A stretch of 62,077 nt of DNA, filler included. It is 13 parts of 13 records of this genome, joined end to end, with 100 filler letters (N's around TTAATTAATTAA, not from the genome) between each part and the next. Parts side by side here need not be neighbours in the genome. Positions count along the whole stretch, not along the records: positions 1 to 5,200 come from SRR15195285_7489; positions 5,301 to 11,822 come from SRR15195285_7503; 11 more parts are not named here. One strand, given 5' to 3'. The notes beneath the pieces were generated by a model, which worked only from the letters and a program-made list of their open reading frames with translations, had not been told where the DNA came from and made no database searches. A program made the position numbers and the translations under genes. Below are positions 1 through 11,922 of this stretch, in pieces; position 1 is the stretch's first letter, and each line of letters starts with the position of its first letter.

Positions 1-91
1 TGGGTGCCGAGGGTGTTTAAGGTAGGCGTGTAGCACTCACGAGCGCACGAACGCGCGCGCACGTATACGCGTATACTATAGTACTGCATCG

Positions 92-1618
92 ATGGCCGTC
101 GCCGTCGAGATCAAGCCACAAACGGTCGAGCTCGGCGATCACGGCGCCATCAGGGACAGCCTGAAGGAGAACGGCTACGCGCTGGTAACTAATGCTGCCA
201 CCGCAGCCGAGCTGCTCCAAGCCCGAGAGCTGCTGTGGCAGCATCTGGACGAGGTCCACGGCTGGAAGCCACACCAGCCGCTGACGTGGACGGACGATGC
301 CTACGGTCCCGCGCCACAGGGTGGCGCGGGGTACTCGCAGGAAGCGACATCTGGAATCATGTCCAGCACCTGTCATTCGGACTGCCTGTGGTATGTTCGC
401 ACGCTGCCGGGCGTGCTGGACTGCTTCGCTGCGGCTTACGGCACGGGTGATCTCGTGGCCGCCTACGATAATATGGCGATCAATCGCCCCGCCAGCTGTC
501 AGCAGCCGGGCGTGCTGAGCCTTGGCAGTGGCCGTGGAGAGGGAGTAACGCACCGATGGGACCAGTCCATGCATAACCACTTCAATCAAGACGGGTTTGG
601 CGAGGATGTGTACGTTTGTTATGCCATCATGCCACTTTTCGACATGAACGAACGGACTGGGGCTACGGCGGTCAGTGCCCGATCTCGTTCCCTCTGTGCA
701 CGTTCGTCTCGCTGCATGCGTGCTGAGTTGCGCGAGCGCTTCGCAGATTGTGCCTGGCTCTCATACCACAGAACTCCGAGGTATGCTTGATTTTGTCAAC
801 ACAAAAGCCGAAAACAAGGATAGCTTGTACTCCTCCGTCGCAACAATCAACGCCTTCCGAGAGAAGCATTTGTCCTGGTTCGAGGAGACGTCCGACCCTG
901 ATCGCTTCATCAGGCCGTTTCACGAGCTTGGTTTGACCGCAGGTCCTGTGAGCGCGCGCGCTGGCGACTTACTTCTGTTTGATACGGCCACGTTTCACGC
1001 CGCTTGTCCAGCAACCGATCCTGGGGCAGAAAGCACAGAGCTCTTGCGTGCGATCTGCATCATGAGCATGGTGCCACGCTTGCTGCTTAACCCGACCATC
1101 ATCGAAGCAAGACAGCGTGCGTATGAAGTGGGGCACGGGACGGTACGAATATTCATGGTTGGTTGACAAACTGTAGAAACCGTTCCATGATGCGCGCAAT
1201 GCCTCGGAAGAACTCCCTTCAGCTGACTCGATGACTGTGTTGGCTTGCTTGGCTGCGCGTGGATACCAATGCTCGTTTGCTTTGCACACTGTAGGGTGGC
1301 TCGGTGATGGCACGTGAGGGTGTTGCAGAGGCATTTCTGAACCGGGTCGAGGACAAAGCGATGCCGAAGGAGAGACGCTTCGCTGAGGCTAGCCCTCTAG
1401 TCAAGAAGTGTATCGGTGATAACTTCGATTTTAGTGGCGCCTCCCCTCAGAGCAGGTGCTTTGAGCAAAGACTGGTCGATAGCAGGTTTCCAACCTCGGT
1501 CTCAGGCAGTGTGATCCGGCAAACACATCGCGCAGCCGACGATCGAGTTGCAAGATCGGCAAGCACAGCTATCGCGGAGTTTCAACGCAGGCGGTACCAA
1601 CGCAGGCCGAGGCTTTAG
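92..1618 (+). CDS. PhyH-like Fe(II)/2-oxoglutarate dioxygenase, 3 exons (92-670, 747-1142, 1295-1618)
   Basis: N-terminal L.ENGY.LV motif. Removing GT-AG intron 671-746 gives TGATA|IVPGSH. AGDLLLFDTATFHA supplies the distal His. Intron 1143-1294 joins the 1304..1618 frame. Confidence 0.8.
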
Positions 1619-2284
1619 AACATGCTCATCGTGCATCTCACATAGCATGGCATCGTAATCAGTGCCCTAACATAGCGAGGTACAACACAAATCCGCCCGG
1701 TCGCGCGATAAGTTTTGTTTACGCCACTCTTCGCGCGGCTGCTATTACGTTCAGATTGCCGAAAGGGTGGCCATGTCAGCAGGGCAGTGCTTGCAATGCA
1801 AGCAAAAGCCTCGTCACTTCTATGTAATTCGTGCGCGGCCGCGCACCGTGCGTTGAGATTCTCGGATCGCTGAAATCACATCCGCAATTCTAGAAGCCCG
1901 CAAATAGATCTAATCTAGAATTGCTCTAGACTAACAATAGACAATATGAGATAGCGGGAAACGGTTACTTTGCAACTCCGGCGCCGATTGGCGCCACAGG
2001 GGGGCAGCGGTTTCTGCTGTTATATTAGCGGAAACCGCCACAAACGGCTGCACGGTAGGCTGCGAGGGATTGCCCTGAAGCGGCGTGGAAGCGCGTACTT
2101 AAATGGAAGCTAGCTAGCAAGAACTTGCCTGTACGCGATACAAGGCACAAGGCTGCCTTGTGCCCGCTGCCCGGTGTCGTCAGTATATGTAAGCGAGAAA
2201 ACAATGAAACGATAGGCATAATTTCAACGGCAGTGTTCCAGTGTACATTCAAATGCAACGCTAGCGCCCACAATCATGGCTTGT

Positions 2285-4751
2285 TTAGTGAGCTTGTGGC
2301 AACTTAAGCACCGAGCTCTCGCCGAAAACGACCCAACGCTTTGCAACGCCTGGAATTGCGCTGTAATCAAAGTTGTCTTTATCAGCACCGGCAAGTGTCA
2401 AGCGCAGTAGGTGCCCTGCTGCGAGCTCATAGACGATCGGTTCAAATACAATGTTAATTGTGCGCTTTACGTCGGAAGCTAACGGCTGCAAGTCCTTCCG
2501 CAAGAAAGTTCGGTTCACACAATCAAACGCTCCGACCTCACAAGCTTCGACGAAGTCTCCCGTAAAAGCTGCTCGTACATTGCCCTCAGTGATGTAAGTC
2601 GCTGCTGCACTTTTAGGATCTATGTCGTCCAAGTACGCAAAAATCACCGCATCCTTTCCATCTTGAACAGCAATATCTAACTGCAATATCACACTGCCTG
2701 CGACACGGAACGGGTCGACAAACGTCTGGATGTCAAACCCAAGTCCACGCCCTATCTGCGCCTTACGCTCGTCATAGACCACTGGCTTCCTCATCAAGTG
2801 CTGTACAAGGTTCCAGCGGGACACCACTCCAGAAGTGGCCTCCTGATCGACGGTGTAGTCGATCTGTTCCGTTCCGAGCTGGAAGTTTTCCCATGTCTTA
2901 GCAATGCTGGCACCGGGAAACGAAGTTGTGCTGCCGTTCAAGGACGCCCACTCTGCCCTCGCCCCAGAGACGAAGTAATGGATCGCTGGCTCTACACGCG
3001 GTCCCTGCCCGTCAACACTCCTCCTGCAACCGATATCCTTCAATTCGCAGTCAAAGAACCTTTTCACATCGTCGAACAAGGGAAACGCCGGTGTGGTCGC
3101 CGGATTTGTAGGTACAAAACACGAACGAGCACCGTGGCTCCAAGGACCGACAGTAAGCTTGCTGTTTCCACCGTTCTTTGCCAAGTAGTTGTGTAGACGC
3201 GCCGCTGAGCGAACACTGCCACTGTCGTAATAACCAGCAACGGAGTATACAGACACGTTATTCTGTTTCAAGCCCTCAAAGACATTCGTATCAATGCCGA
3301 GGGAGGACGCAAGGTACTCGACACCTTCGTGCGTCAGGATCGGGGTGTCCTTAGTATACGGTTGCGAGAGTGCGCCCTTGACCATATCAAAGTTAGTTTC
3401 GTGTTGAGCCAACGCTTTTGGGAGGCTCTCTTCCCTCCCAACGACGGGGGCTACGCCATTGAATCCGTACTCAGCCAGGAGCTTAAATGTCGCTGGGAGC
3501 TCGTTGTCCACATCCTGCACATTCGCATTCCGCTCGTTCGCGCTAGTAAAAGCCCCGTAGAGCTTCAAAAATCCAGTTGTCGCGACCCCACCTGCGAACG
3601 CAATGTCTTCGTAAAGATCGCCGGGAGCAAACAGCAACGCGGCTGCGGCAATGCCTGCAGAACGAGCCAACTTGTCTCTTAGTGGTTCTGTACAGATGTC
3701 AACATTAGGCCAATCTGGTCTGAGTTTCGCTGCTACGTGTCTTACCTGGCACCGTGCCTCCCGCTGCGATTGCGCCTGTGATGCCGTCATACGAGATGCC
3801 GCCGGTGCCGATCTTGCCGTTGCAAAATGCCTGTGTTTTGGTCCATTGCACCATCTCAGAGAGATCCTGCTGCTCACGCTCAATCAAGTCGACTGGACGG
3901 GATCCGAAGCTAGCGCCGGTGCCCCTTACGTCTACACTAATGAACGCGTAGCCACTGGGGACGAAACGGTCAATCAAGTGCATGCTCCGCATTGGAAAAT
4001 ACCCATCAATGTTTGGGGCGTGACCAAAGAGGGAAATATAACGCGTCAACCAGCTTCTGCTTTCGGCGCGTCTGTAGCGAGTAAAGTGCAAAAATGACGG
4101 CAGCCGAGTGTCATTCTTTGCAGCGTAGTCGTGGGGAAGGTACACATCCACAGCGAGCTCGACACCGTCGCTCATCGGCACGTAGTGTGACGTCCGTTTG
4201 TGAGGTAGGTGAGCAACAGTCGTTGGATTTACCATGAACCAGGGCTTATCGCTGCAGGTGAGCTTCTCTGCACCTAGCATGCTCCCGTGCAGGACGGTCA
4301 CAGTTGCGGAGAAGACAGCGATTGCCATTGCGATCCGTGTGCCCCCGCGCTGGCCGAAATAGAAGCCTATTCGCCGCTCCCACAGGAGAACAGTCAGTAC
4401 ATTAAGCACGACGCCAACGACCCAGTAGCTCGAATGGTATTTGGGATTGGTCTGGTAGACAGTTGCATTCAGAATGTGCTGCAGGATTCCACCCCCACTC
4501 CACAGAAAAATTCCAACTACAGCCACGCAGCCGCCGGACCTCGATCCGCTCGGTATGCGCAAAAGCAGCAAGAAGATCACTTGGATGACCATGGCAACGA
4601 CTGGATCGTTGAGCGTGAACTGCACACTGCCACTATAAAGCGACTGAAAGCTCGCGGCGTTGTATGCAAGGCCGATCGAGAAGACCATGTGGAAATACGA
4701 GGTGGTCCAGTCGTGTGGCTGCTGCGATGAGCCTTCGCCCGCGACGCCCAT
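2285..4751 (-). CDS. CocE/NonD family (peptidase S15-like) alpha/beta hydrolase with N-terminal multi-TM segment, 2 exons (4751-3746, 3654-2285), ~791 aa
   Basis: YVPMSDGVELAVDVYLP, DVRGTGASFG, nucleophile GISYDG, acid GYYD, His GPWSHG and a C-terminal jelly-roll (YITEGNVRA; GHLLRLTLAGAD). Phase-1 intron 3745-3655 (GTAAG...CAG) fuses the two ORFs. Confidence 0.88.
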
Positions 4752-5200
4752 CGCTCCTAGTGACGTGAAAGCTGTTTGCAGGTTGGACGGGAGCAGAAAA
4801 ACTGGGCAACGGGCCGTTATGTGGTCATAGGCAGAGCGTTCACGGCTCCGGGTCCGTTCCCGGCCCCCCCGCCGCCGGACCGTGACCTCTCGCTATCGAC
4901 GCGGGTACGCCAGTACTAGACTCTAGTACATGATCATGTAGCTCCATGCACCTTGCCGCCGATGCCTGGCCGCGCGCATGCACCGCGCGCGGCCCGCGCA
5001 CGAGGGCGCGCCGCCAGCTTTAGTTCACGCCTAACAGTAACATCGACTCCATCGAGCTCCTTCGTCCTTCGCAATTGAGAGTGCAGAATACACTGTACTG
5101 GTACCAATCACCATCAATACCAGATATCGTGGGGTGCCCCCGGTATCCGACATGGCAACATTAACTTGAACTCGAGTGTTCACCAAAAAAGGATCGATTT

Positions 5201-5300
5201 NNNNNNNNNNNNNNNNNNNNNNNNNNNNNNNNNNNNNNNNNNNNTTAATTAATTAANNNNNNNNNNNNNNNNNNNNNNNNNNNNNNNNNNNNNNNNNNNN
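5201..5300. other. Artificial contig-joining spacer (44 N + TTAATTAATTAA + 44 N), first of 12
   Basis: Identical 100-bp spacers at 5201-5300, 11823-11922, 15833-15932, 20026-20125, 24544-24643, 29634-29733, 35664-35763, 40343-40442, 44176-44275, 48114-48213, 53549-53648 and 58545-58644. The 12-mer puts stops in all six frames, so adjacency across spacers has no biological meaning. Confidence 0.99.
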
Positions 5301-5534
5301 TTTTGGACGAGTGACCAACCCAGCTGAGTCACTGAGTCTACCCTTGATTCAATGAACCCAGCCGCATTTTGTCAAGAACAGGTCAAGGTGCAGAAAACAT
5401 CGATGGTGTACTATATCTATAGTGTATTAATGTAGATCTAGTATACATCGATGCGTACAATGTCGGGTTTTGAGGGTGTGCGTATCGCAGAAAACGCTCG
5501 GCCGATGTGCGATGGCGGCAGAGAGACAGACGCT

Positions 5535-5660
5535 GGGCTATGCTATGCTACGATGATACCATACCATACCATAGCATAGCACAGCCCCTATGGGATAGCA
5601 TAGTGAGCCACAACACACGATACACTACACACGATACACTATACGCTATACACTATTGAT
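5535..5660. repeat. Degenerate pentanucleotide microsatellite (ATGCT/ATACC/ATAGC/ATACA) with a 16-bp inverted repeat at 5535-5587
   Basis: GGGCTATGCTATGCTA...TAGCATAGCACAGCCC (15/16 complementary) around ATACC repeats, followed by further 5-nt periodic units. Confidence 0.7.
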
Positions 5661-5785
5661 CAATACTGTCGACAGGGCTGCCACAAGCAGCGCCCCCCCG
5701 CCCGCCCCTCAGAGACAGTGAGAGAGAGGGCAGAGGGGCAGAGGGGCGCTGAGAAGGCTGGCGGGGCCGTCGTCTTATCTACGCG

Positions 5786-7828
5786 ATGGCGGCGGGGGAC
5801 GGGGAGCGCCCGCCGCCGGAGTGGGTGCAGGTCAACGTCGCGCCGCCCCAGCAGCAGCAGCAGCAGCAGCGGGTGGGCTCGCCCTGGGCCACGACTACTA
5901 CAGGGAGGGACGAGCCGGAGCCGGAGCCGGAGCTCAAGAAGGGGGAGCGAGGCTCCTCGGGCAGGGCGGTGGAGGTGCGGATGGCGCAGGTGGACGCCGC
6001 GCGGCAGTGGAGAGCGAAGGCGGAGGGGTTCGTGGACGATGAGAGCGTAGAGTACAGGCTGAGAGTGCTCCGCCCGCTGTGCGAGATGTTGCGGGGGCTG
6101 TTCCTGGGGAACCGAGATCTGTTCGCCGTGCTGGTGCACGACGGGAGGTATATCTACCGCGACGAGCTGCGCGACGCGTTCGAGGCCACTGGGATCAGTA
6201 TCTACGGGGACAAGGTCCTGGACGAAATCGACGACCTGCTCAGCTACCTCGACCCGGGCGGGAAGGGCAAGGTTGAGCTGGACAAGTTCGCGGGCGCGAT
6301 CCAGATTTCCACCGATGCGGACAGCGGTGCTCCGGCGCCCGTGCAGCATCGCACGGTGCGGAGCGGCGCGGCAGGGCGGCCGGTGAAAGTCGTCAACCAA
6401 CCCTCCGCCATTAAGGCTCCGATCCAGCCCAAGGCCGAGGGCAACGGAGATGCGTTGGACGTGCTGTTCGAGGGGAGCTTCAAGCAGATGCTGCACGCGG
6501 TCGGCCGGCGGCGGGACCACAAGGGCGAGCGAGTGGACATCCGGCAGCATGTCGACGCCTTCATCCGGGCCCAGCGAGAGCTCGGTCTGGTTCCGGGGCA
6601 GGCTTCGGCAGCGGATGGCGTCGTGTGGACGCCACGAAGCTCGGTCCTGGGCGATGCAGGCATCAGCGCCGCGCAGGACGCGCGCGACAGAAGCGAGGCG
6701 GTGATGTCGACGGGGATGGAGGCGGTGAGTGTGCAGAACACGCTGAGCGAGGGAATGAAGTTCTTGATGCACGCGATGCGCGTGAAGAAAGGCAGGCTCA
6801 AGCTGACAGACAACGAAAGGGACGCGATCGAGCAGCTACTCAACTGGGACGGCGGCGAGATTGAGATTGTACGCGCAGACCAGGCAAATCGTGACCCCAA
6901 CGCAGCCCCGGTAGTGACTGGAGCTGTGCCAGAGGGTGATCATGCAGCAGAGCTGGAGGCTAACCCAGCACCAAGCGAAGCTGCGTATGACTGGGGAGCA
7001 CACGAAGCTGGCAATCGCGCAGGAAGACGAGGTCCCGCTGCTGACCCCACGGCCGCGCAGCCAAGGTTTACAACCAACTTGAATCGCAAATTCTTCGGTG
7101 CCTTCGAATCTGGGCAGGATGAAGAGCGGTCAGACCAGCCAGGTCGGCAGGCGTCGCCCCGGTCAGCCCAGTCGTCTCGGGGCAGGTCACTCAGCCCGAG
7201 GGGCCGAGAAGGCCGGAGGCAAACAGGGAGGCCACTGCCGATGTTGCTGTCACCGCGCTACGCGTATGCCGTTTCCAATGCGCAGAGGGATTATCCCGGT
7301 ATGTCGCTGCACGATGCGGAACAGTTCGCAGAGCACGACAATGCCATGGACGGCGGCCGTGAGGAGGAGCTGTGGAAAGCAGAGCCTGAGAATTACTACG
7401 AAAAGGTAACACGGCTGCAGCTTCGGGACCAGTTCTCAGGGAAAGAGGCAGTTGCGGCCGCTCGCATGCGAGCGGAAGAGCGGGTGATGCTTTCGTCCTG
7501 TTTCGAGCAAAACTCAGCCAAGCTGATCGGCATCGTGCCTTCATCGAAACAGCGCATGACACCTGCCAGGCAGGTGCGTGTGGGACAAGGTTCTGCGATG
7601 CACACTCGACGCAGCATCAACGGTAGCGGCGGCAAGAGCATGCCGATGGTCAACGTTGCCGACGCAAGCGACAGGAGCGCGCTGCCACCTGTCACGCTAG
7701 GAAGGGCAGGGGTGGTTGAGCCGGTACCTCACTCAACAGGCGAATCTCCAGCGCTGCTAGGACGACCGCGAACGCGTCCAGGAGGCTTCAGGGTCTCTAG
7801 AGCGACAGCTGCAACCGCCACGAAGTAG
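5786..7828 (+). CDS. Hypothetical protein (680 aa) with an EF-hand-like pair and long low-complexity tail
   Basis: Single long GC3-rich ORF with poly-Q and EPEPEPE at the N-terminus. EF-like loops DGRYIYRDE and DPGGKGKVELDKF. Confidence 0.7.
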   Translation: MAAGDGERPPPEWVQVNVAPPQQQQQQQRVGSPWATTTTGRDEPEPEPELKKGERGSSGRAVEVRMAQVDAARQWRAKAEGFVDDESVEYRLRVLRPLCEMLRGLFLGNRDLFAVLVHDGRYIYRDELRDAFEATGISIYGDKVLDEIDDLLSYLDPGGKGKVELDKFAGAIQISTDADSGAPAPVQHRTVRSGAAGRPVKVVNQPSAIKAPIQPKAEGNGDALDVLFEGSFKQMLHAVGRRRDHKGERVDIRQHVDAFIRAQRELGLVPGQASAADGVVWTPRSSVLGDAGISAAQDARDRSEAVMSTGMEAVSVQNTLSEGMKFLMHAMRVKKGRLKLTDNERDAIEQLLNWDGGEIEIVRADQANRDPNAAPVVTGAVPEGDHAAELEANPAPSEAAYDWGAHEAGNRAGRRGPAADPTAAQPRFTTNLNRKFFGAFESGQDEERSDQPGRQASPRSAQSSRGRSLSPRGREGRRQTGRPLPMLLSPRYAYAVSNAQRDYPGMSLHDAEQFAEHDNAMDGGREEELWKAEPENYYEKVTRLQLRDQFSGKEAVAAARMRAEERVMLSSCFEQNSAKLIGIVPSSKQRMTPARQVRVGQGSAMHTRRSINGSGGKSMPMVNVADASDRSALPPVTLGRAGVVEPVPHSTGESPALLGRPRTRPGGFRVSRATAATATK

Positions 7829-7992
7829 AGCCAGCTTGCTTGGACTGCACTCAAGCTCGGTGCACTGCCGTTTCGTTCCACATAAAGTCAGCTGGACTAT
7901 ATTTATAAATTACTTTACAGCAGGGCACACATTGAGGAACACTCTCCGTGTACCATGCACTACTGTGATCTCACCCTACCACCATTCCCGTA

Positions 7993-10900
7993 TCACCACT
8001 CAAACTTTTCCTCGCCGCACTTGCCCCCACATCCATGGTCATGAATCTCTGTCTTCTCCGTCGCAAGCACGCCATCTAGGTCTTCCTCTGATGGTAGCTC
8101 AACGAACACGTGACCGTCCTCAGTCTTCACACGGAAGGTCAGAACGTGGTAAGTGTCAGGGTCTGAGATGCTCTTGCCAGATCCGAGATCAAACGTCTTC
8201 TTGTGGACCGGGCCTACGCAAATGCAATATGCATCCGCATTCTATCAGCTGCTGGCTCATTCACGGAGATTGCGACACGTGCTGCTTGATCACACGAAAA
8301 GTCACAGCAGGAAGCGGCAAGTACTTACAGGCAACGCTTGGTCTGCCAGACTTGTCCCCGATCAGGCCGCGGCTTAACGCAATCGTGCGCTTATGCGGAC
8401 ACATGTTTTGTGTTGCGTACCACTCGCCTCGGCTTGCGAAATTGTATACGGCCAGCTGAAAAAGCCAAACGCGCCCATCAGCAAAGTTGCGTTGCAGTAT
8501 TACGGCAAATGTAAGTTGGTGCCCATACCTGGCTCTGTCCATACTTGTACGCCGTTCCTGCCTCGGGCAGAAAGTCCGCGATTTCTCCGACCTCCACCCA
8601 TGAAAGTGGCCAGTTGTATTTCTGCACGCCATGCTCGTTATCGATCTCAACTTCCGCCACTGTCGTACTTGTCGTACCAGTGTCCACCTCAACGTTCAGG
8701 TGTTTCGCCTTCCACGGCTGCCAGAATGTTCACCATCAGGTCAGCCAAGGGATCAGCAGACGACGAAGGCACGGGCTGGTAAGATGAATCAAAATGCGCG
8801 TACCGGGTTCTTGTTCATTGGCGGCCAGTCGACCGGTCGGCTTTGTCCACGCTGCTTCATCCATGCGATACCTGGCTCAGTATCTGCTGTGTTGACGAAC
8901 TGCTTGAAATGGGCGATTCGTTCAGGATCCTCAGTAACAGCTTTCCACTCGCACTCGTACGAGCCGACCAGCTTGGCCATACGTGCCTCCAGCTCGTCGC
9001 AAATTCCCAGCTTGTCGTGTATCACCACATCTTGGAGGTGGGCGAGACCCCCTTCGAGTTTCTCCATCCACGGTGCAGTTCGCTGCAGCTTATCTGCGGT
9101 GAGGATATAGTACATCAAAAACCGATCGATATACTTCACCGTCAACTCCTCAGGGACTTTCTCGGCAAGCAGATCCGCGTGACGAGGTTTCACGCCACCG
9201 TTGCCACAGACGTAGATGTTGAAGCCTCCCTCTACAGCAATCATCCCGAAGTCTTTCGACTGTGCCTCGGCGCACTCGCGAACGCAGCCGGACACGGCAC
9301 CCTTGAGCTTGTGCGGTGAGCGAATGCCCTTGTAGCGGTTCTCCATCATGACTGCGAAGCCGACAGAGTCGCCGATTCCGTAGCGGCACCAGGTGCTTCC
9401 GACGCAGCTTTTTACCATCCGCAGCCCCTTAGCATAGGCAGCTCCGCTTTCTAGTCCAGCATCTATCAGCTCTTTCCAGATGTCAGGAAGCTGATGCACA
9501 GCAGCACCGAAGAGATCAACACGCTGTGACCCGGTGATCTTCGAGTACAGGCCGTATTTTTTGGCCACGCTGCCGATTGCGATCAGCTGGTCGGGCAGGA
9601 TCTCGCCGCCCGGGGTCCGCGGCACTACGGAGTAACTGCCGCCGCGTTGGATGTTGCCGAGGTACCTGTCATTTGTATCCTGCAGTGGACGCAGGTTCTT
9701 CTTCAGTACCGGCTCGTTGTACAGGCTTGCCAAAATCCCAGCGACACACGGCTTGCAATGCTCGCAACCATTGCCGCCGTTTCCGCAGTCTGCTAGGACT
9801 GCTTCGAAGGTCTTGAGCTCTTTGACTTTGACAATTTGCATTAGCTCTCCGCGGCTGAAGCTGAAGTGTGGGCAGATGTGGTTTGTGACCTTCGTGCCAG
9901 CCTTTTTGAGTTCCGCCTTTAGAATGTCTGTCACCATTGGCACGCAGCCGCCGCAGCCCTTGCCCGCCCTCGTTGCACCAGACACCTCTCCGACAGACGT
10001 CAGCTTGCCTTCAGTGATTGCCTTCGAAATGTCGCCTTTTGTGACGTTGTTGCACGAGCACACTGGCGTGTCATCGGAGAGCTCGGCTGCTCCGTCTGTC
10101 GTCGGGGCGGCACGGCCGTGAACCAATTCATCCGGTGTGCAATCCATGTCGGTGGTCGACTTGGACATCATCAGCAACTTGCCGTAATCGCTGGTGTCCC
10201 CGACCAGCATCCCGCCAAGCAACCTCGTGCCGGATGGGTTGAACAGCAGGTTCTTGTAGACTTTTTTGAACGGATCGAAGTATGAGAATGGCCTCGCGCC
10301 GTCCCAGTCTGGGTGGCCTTGGTATATACCAAACGATGCAACATCGACTCCCATGAGTTTCAGCTTGGCCGAGAGGTCCCCAGATGCGAAAGTCTTGTCA
10401 GAATGGCCGGTCAGATGCTTCGCAGCGACCTCAGCCATCTCGTAGCCTGGGTTGACAAGGCCGTAGCACATTCCTTTGTGCGATGCAACTTCTCCAACGG
10501 CAAAGATATCAGGATCTGAAGTCTGCATCAGGTCGTTCACAACTACACCTCCCCGTTGTCCGACCTCGAGTCCGCAGTCGCGTGCCAGCTCATCTCGAGG
10601 ACGCACGCCGGTGCAGATGACACACATCTGGCACTCGATGACAGTCGTTGGCCCATCCTTGCTGGTCTTCATTTCGATCCCGCATAGGGCCCCGTTATCG
10701 TCGCTTAGCAGCCGCTGGGTCATCGCGCCAGTCTTAATGTTGATCTCCTGCGGTGCTTCGGCCAGGTCTTCGATCTTCTCTCGCAGCAGCTTGCTACCGG
10801 CCGAGTCGAGCTGTCGGCACATCAAGCCCCGCGCTCCCTCCAGCACCGTCACCGTCTGCACCTTCATGTCGTAGCAGGCTTTGGCGCCCTCGAGCCCGAG

Positions 10901-11679
10901 CAGCCCTCCGCCAATGACAGCGGCGGATTTGCAGCGCCCAGCGGCGGCGATGATCTTCTGGCAGTCGTCCACGGTGCGGTAGACGAACACGTTCTTGCTG
11001 TCCGCGCCGGGGATCGGCGGCACCCAGGCGTACGAGCCGGTGGCCATGACGACCTTGTCGTACTTGACCTCCGCGCCCTTGTCCGAGACCACCACCTTCT
11101 TCTCCCGGTCGATGCTGACGGCTTTGTGCCCGGTGAGCACCGTGATGCCGTTCTCGCGGTACCAGGCGTCCTCCGCCATCAGGAGCTTGTCGGGCTCGCC
11201 GTGGTCGAACATCTGGCCGAGGCCAACGCGGTTGTACGCGATCATTCGCTCCTCGCAGAAGCTCACGATGCCTGCACGACGCGCGGCGTTGCGAGGCGTC
11301 AGCAGCGCGGGTGGAGCGGCGCTGCGGAGCGCGGGCAGGAGGGGAGGGCGGGGGGAGGCTTGCACGCACGGTACTCCTTGGCCGTGTCGTTCTGGATCAG
11401 CGCCTCGCAGAAGCGCCAGCCCACCATGCTCAGTCCGACCACCACGATGGTCTTGCGGCTGTCGCCCGGCAGCGCGTCTGCGTGGATCTCCGTGGGCGCC
11501 TCCGTGCTCACCGCAGCGTCGGCGTCGAAGTCCGTCGGCAGGCCCTTCAAGGGCATCCCTTCGTCCACCGCGGCCCCATTGGTGCACTGCGTCGCCAGCA
11601 CCGCCGCCGCCGCGAGGCCGATGGCACCCCCTGCCGCCAGATTCACATCCCCTGAGAACATCCCAGCCACGCCCTCCAT
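7993..11679 (-). CDS. nirB: NAD(P)H-dependent siroheme nitrite reductase, NirB-NirD (Rieske) fusion, 5 exons (11679-11370, 11271-8804, 8717-8529, 8455-8329, 8213-7993), ~1104 aa
   Basis: FAD (IVVVGLSMVG, ATGS, AVGE) and NADH (GGGLLGLE) motifs; two BFD-type [2Fe-2S] sets (CSCNNV..GCGGC; CPHF..GCEHC); siroheme/[4Fe-4S] Cys CVGSTWC and SGCVREC; Rieske CPH...CPVH. Four GT-AG introns give 3315 nt, a multiple of 3, ending FEW*. Confidence 0.95.
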
Positions 11680-11922
11680 CGCCCTCCCCGTCCCTGTACC
11701 TGCCACCGCGTACCCCAGCGCCCACAGCACCCTCCACGCTCCTCTTCCACGCCAGGGCCAAGGCGCTCTCCACCTGCAGCACCTGCGGCACCGCTCCGTC
11801 CGCCACCGTCGTGATGATCACTNNNNNNNNNNNNNNNNNNNNNNNNNNNNNNNNNNNNNNNNNNNNTTAATTAATTAANNNNNNNNNNNNNNNNNNNNNN
11901 NNNNNNNNNNNNNNNNNNNNNN

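Noticed and set aside
1755-1767. 13-mer ATTGCCGAAAGGG shared with 61925-61937
   Set aside because: Several 13-mer matches are expected by chance in 62 kb, and the flanks do not align.
1980-2040. tRNA-like appearance (GGCGCC start, ends CGCCA)
   Set aside because: No T-loop TTCRA and no cloverleaf; kept only as a low-interest hairpin.
5245-5256. Recurrent TTAATTAATTAA palindrome
   Set aside because: Always centred in 44+44 N; an assembly-joining linker, not biology.
5660-6900. Long antisense or alternate-frame ORFs (e.g. 5660..6772, 47038..48003, 33182..33961)
   Set aside because: Shadows of GC3-rich real genes with no independent motifs.
11272-11821. N-terminus of the 1010-aa ORF 8789..11821
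   Set aside because: The first ~180 aa are read-through of an intron and another frame; the FAD-binding start lies in the frame starting at ATG 11679.
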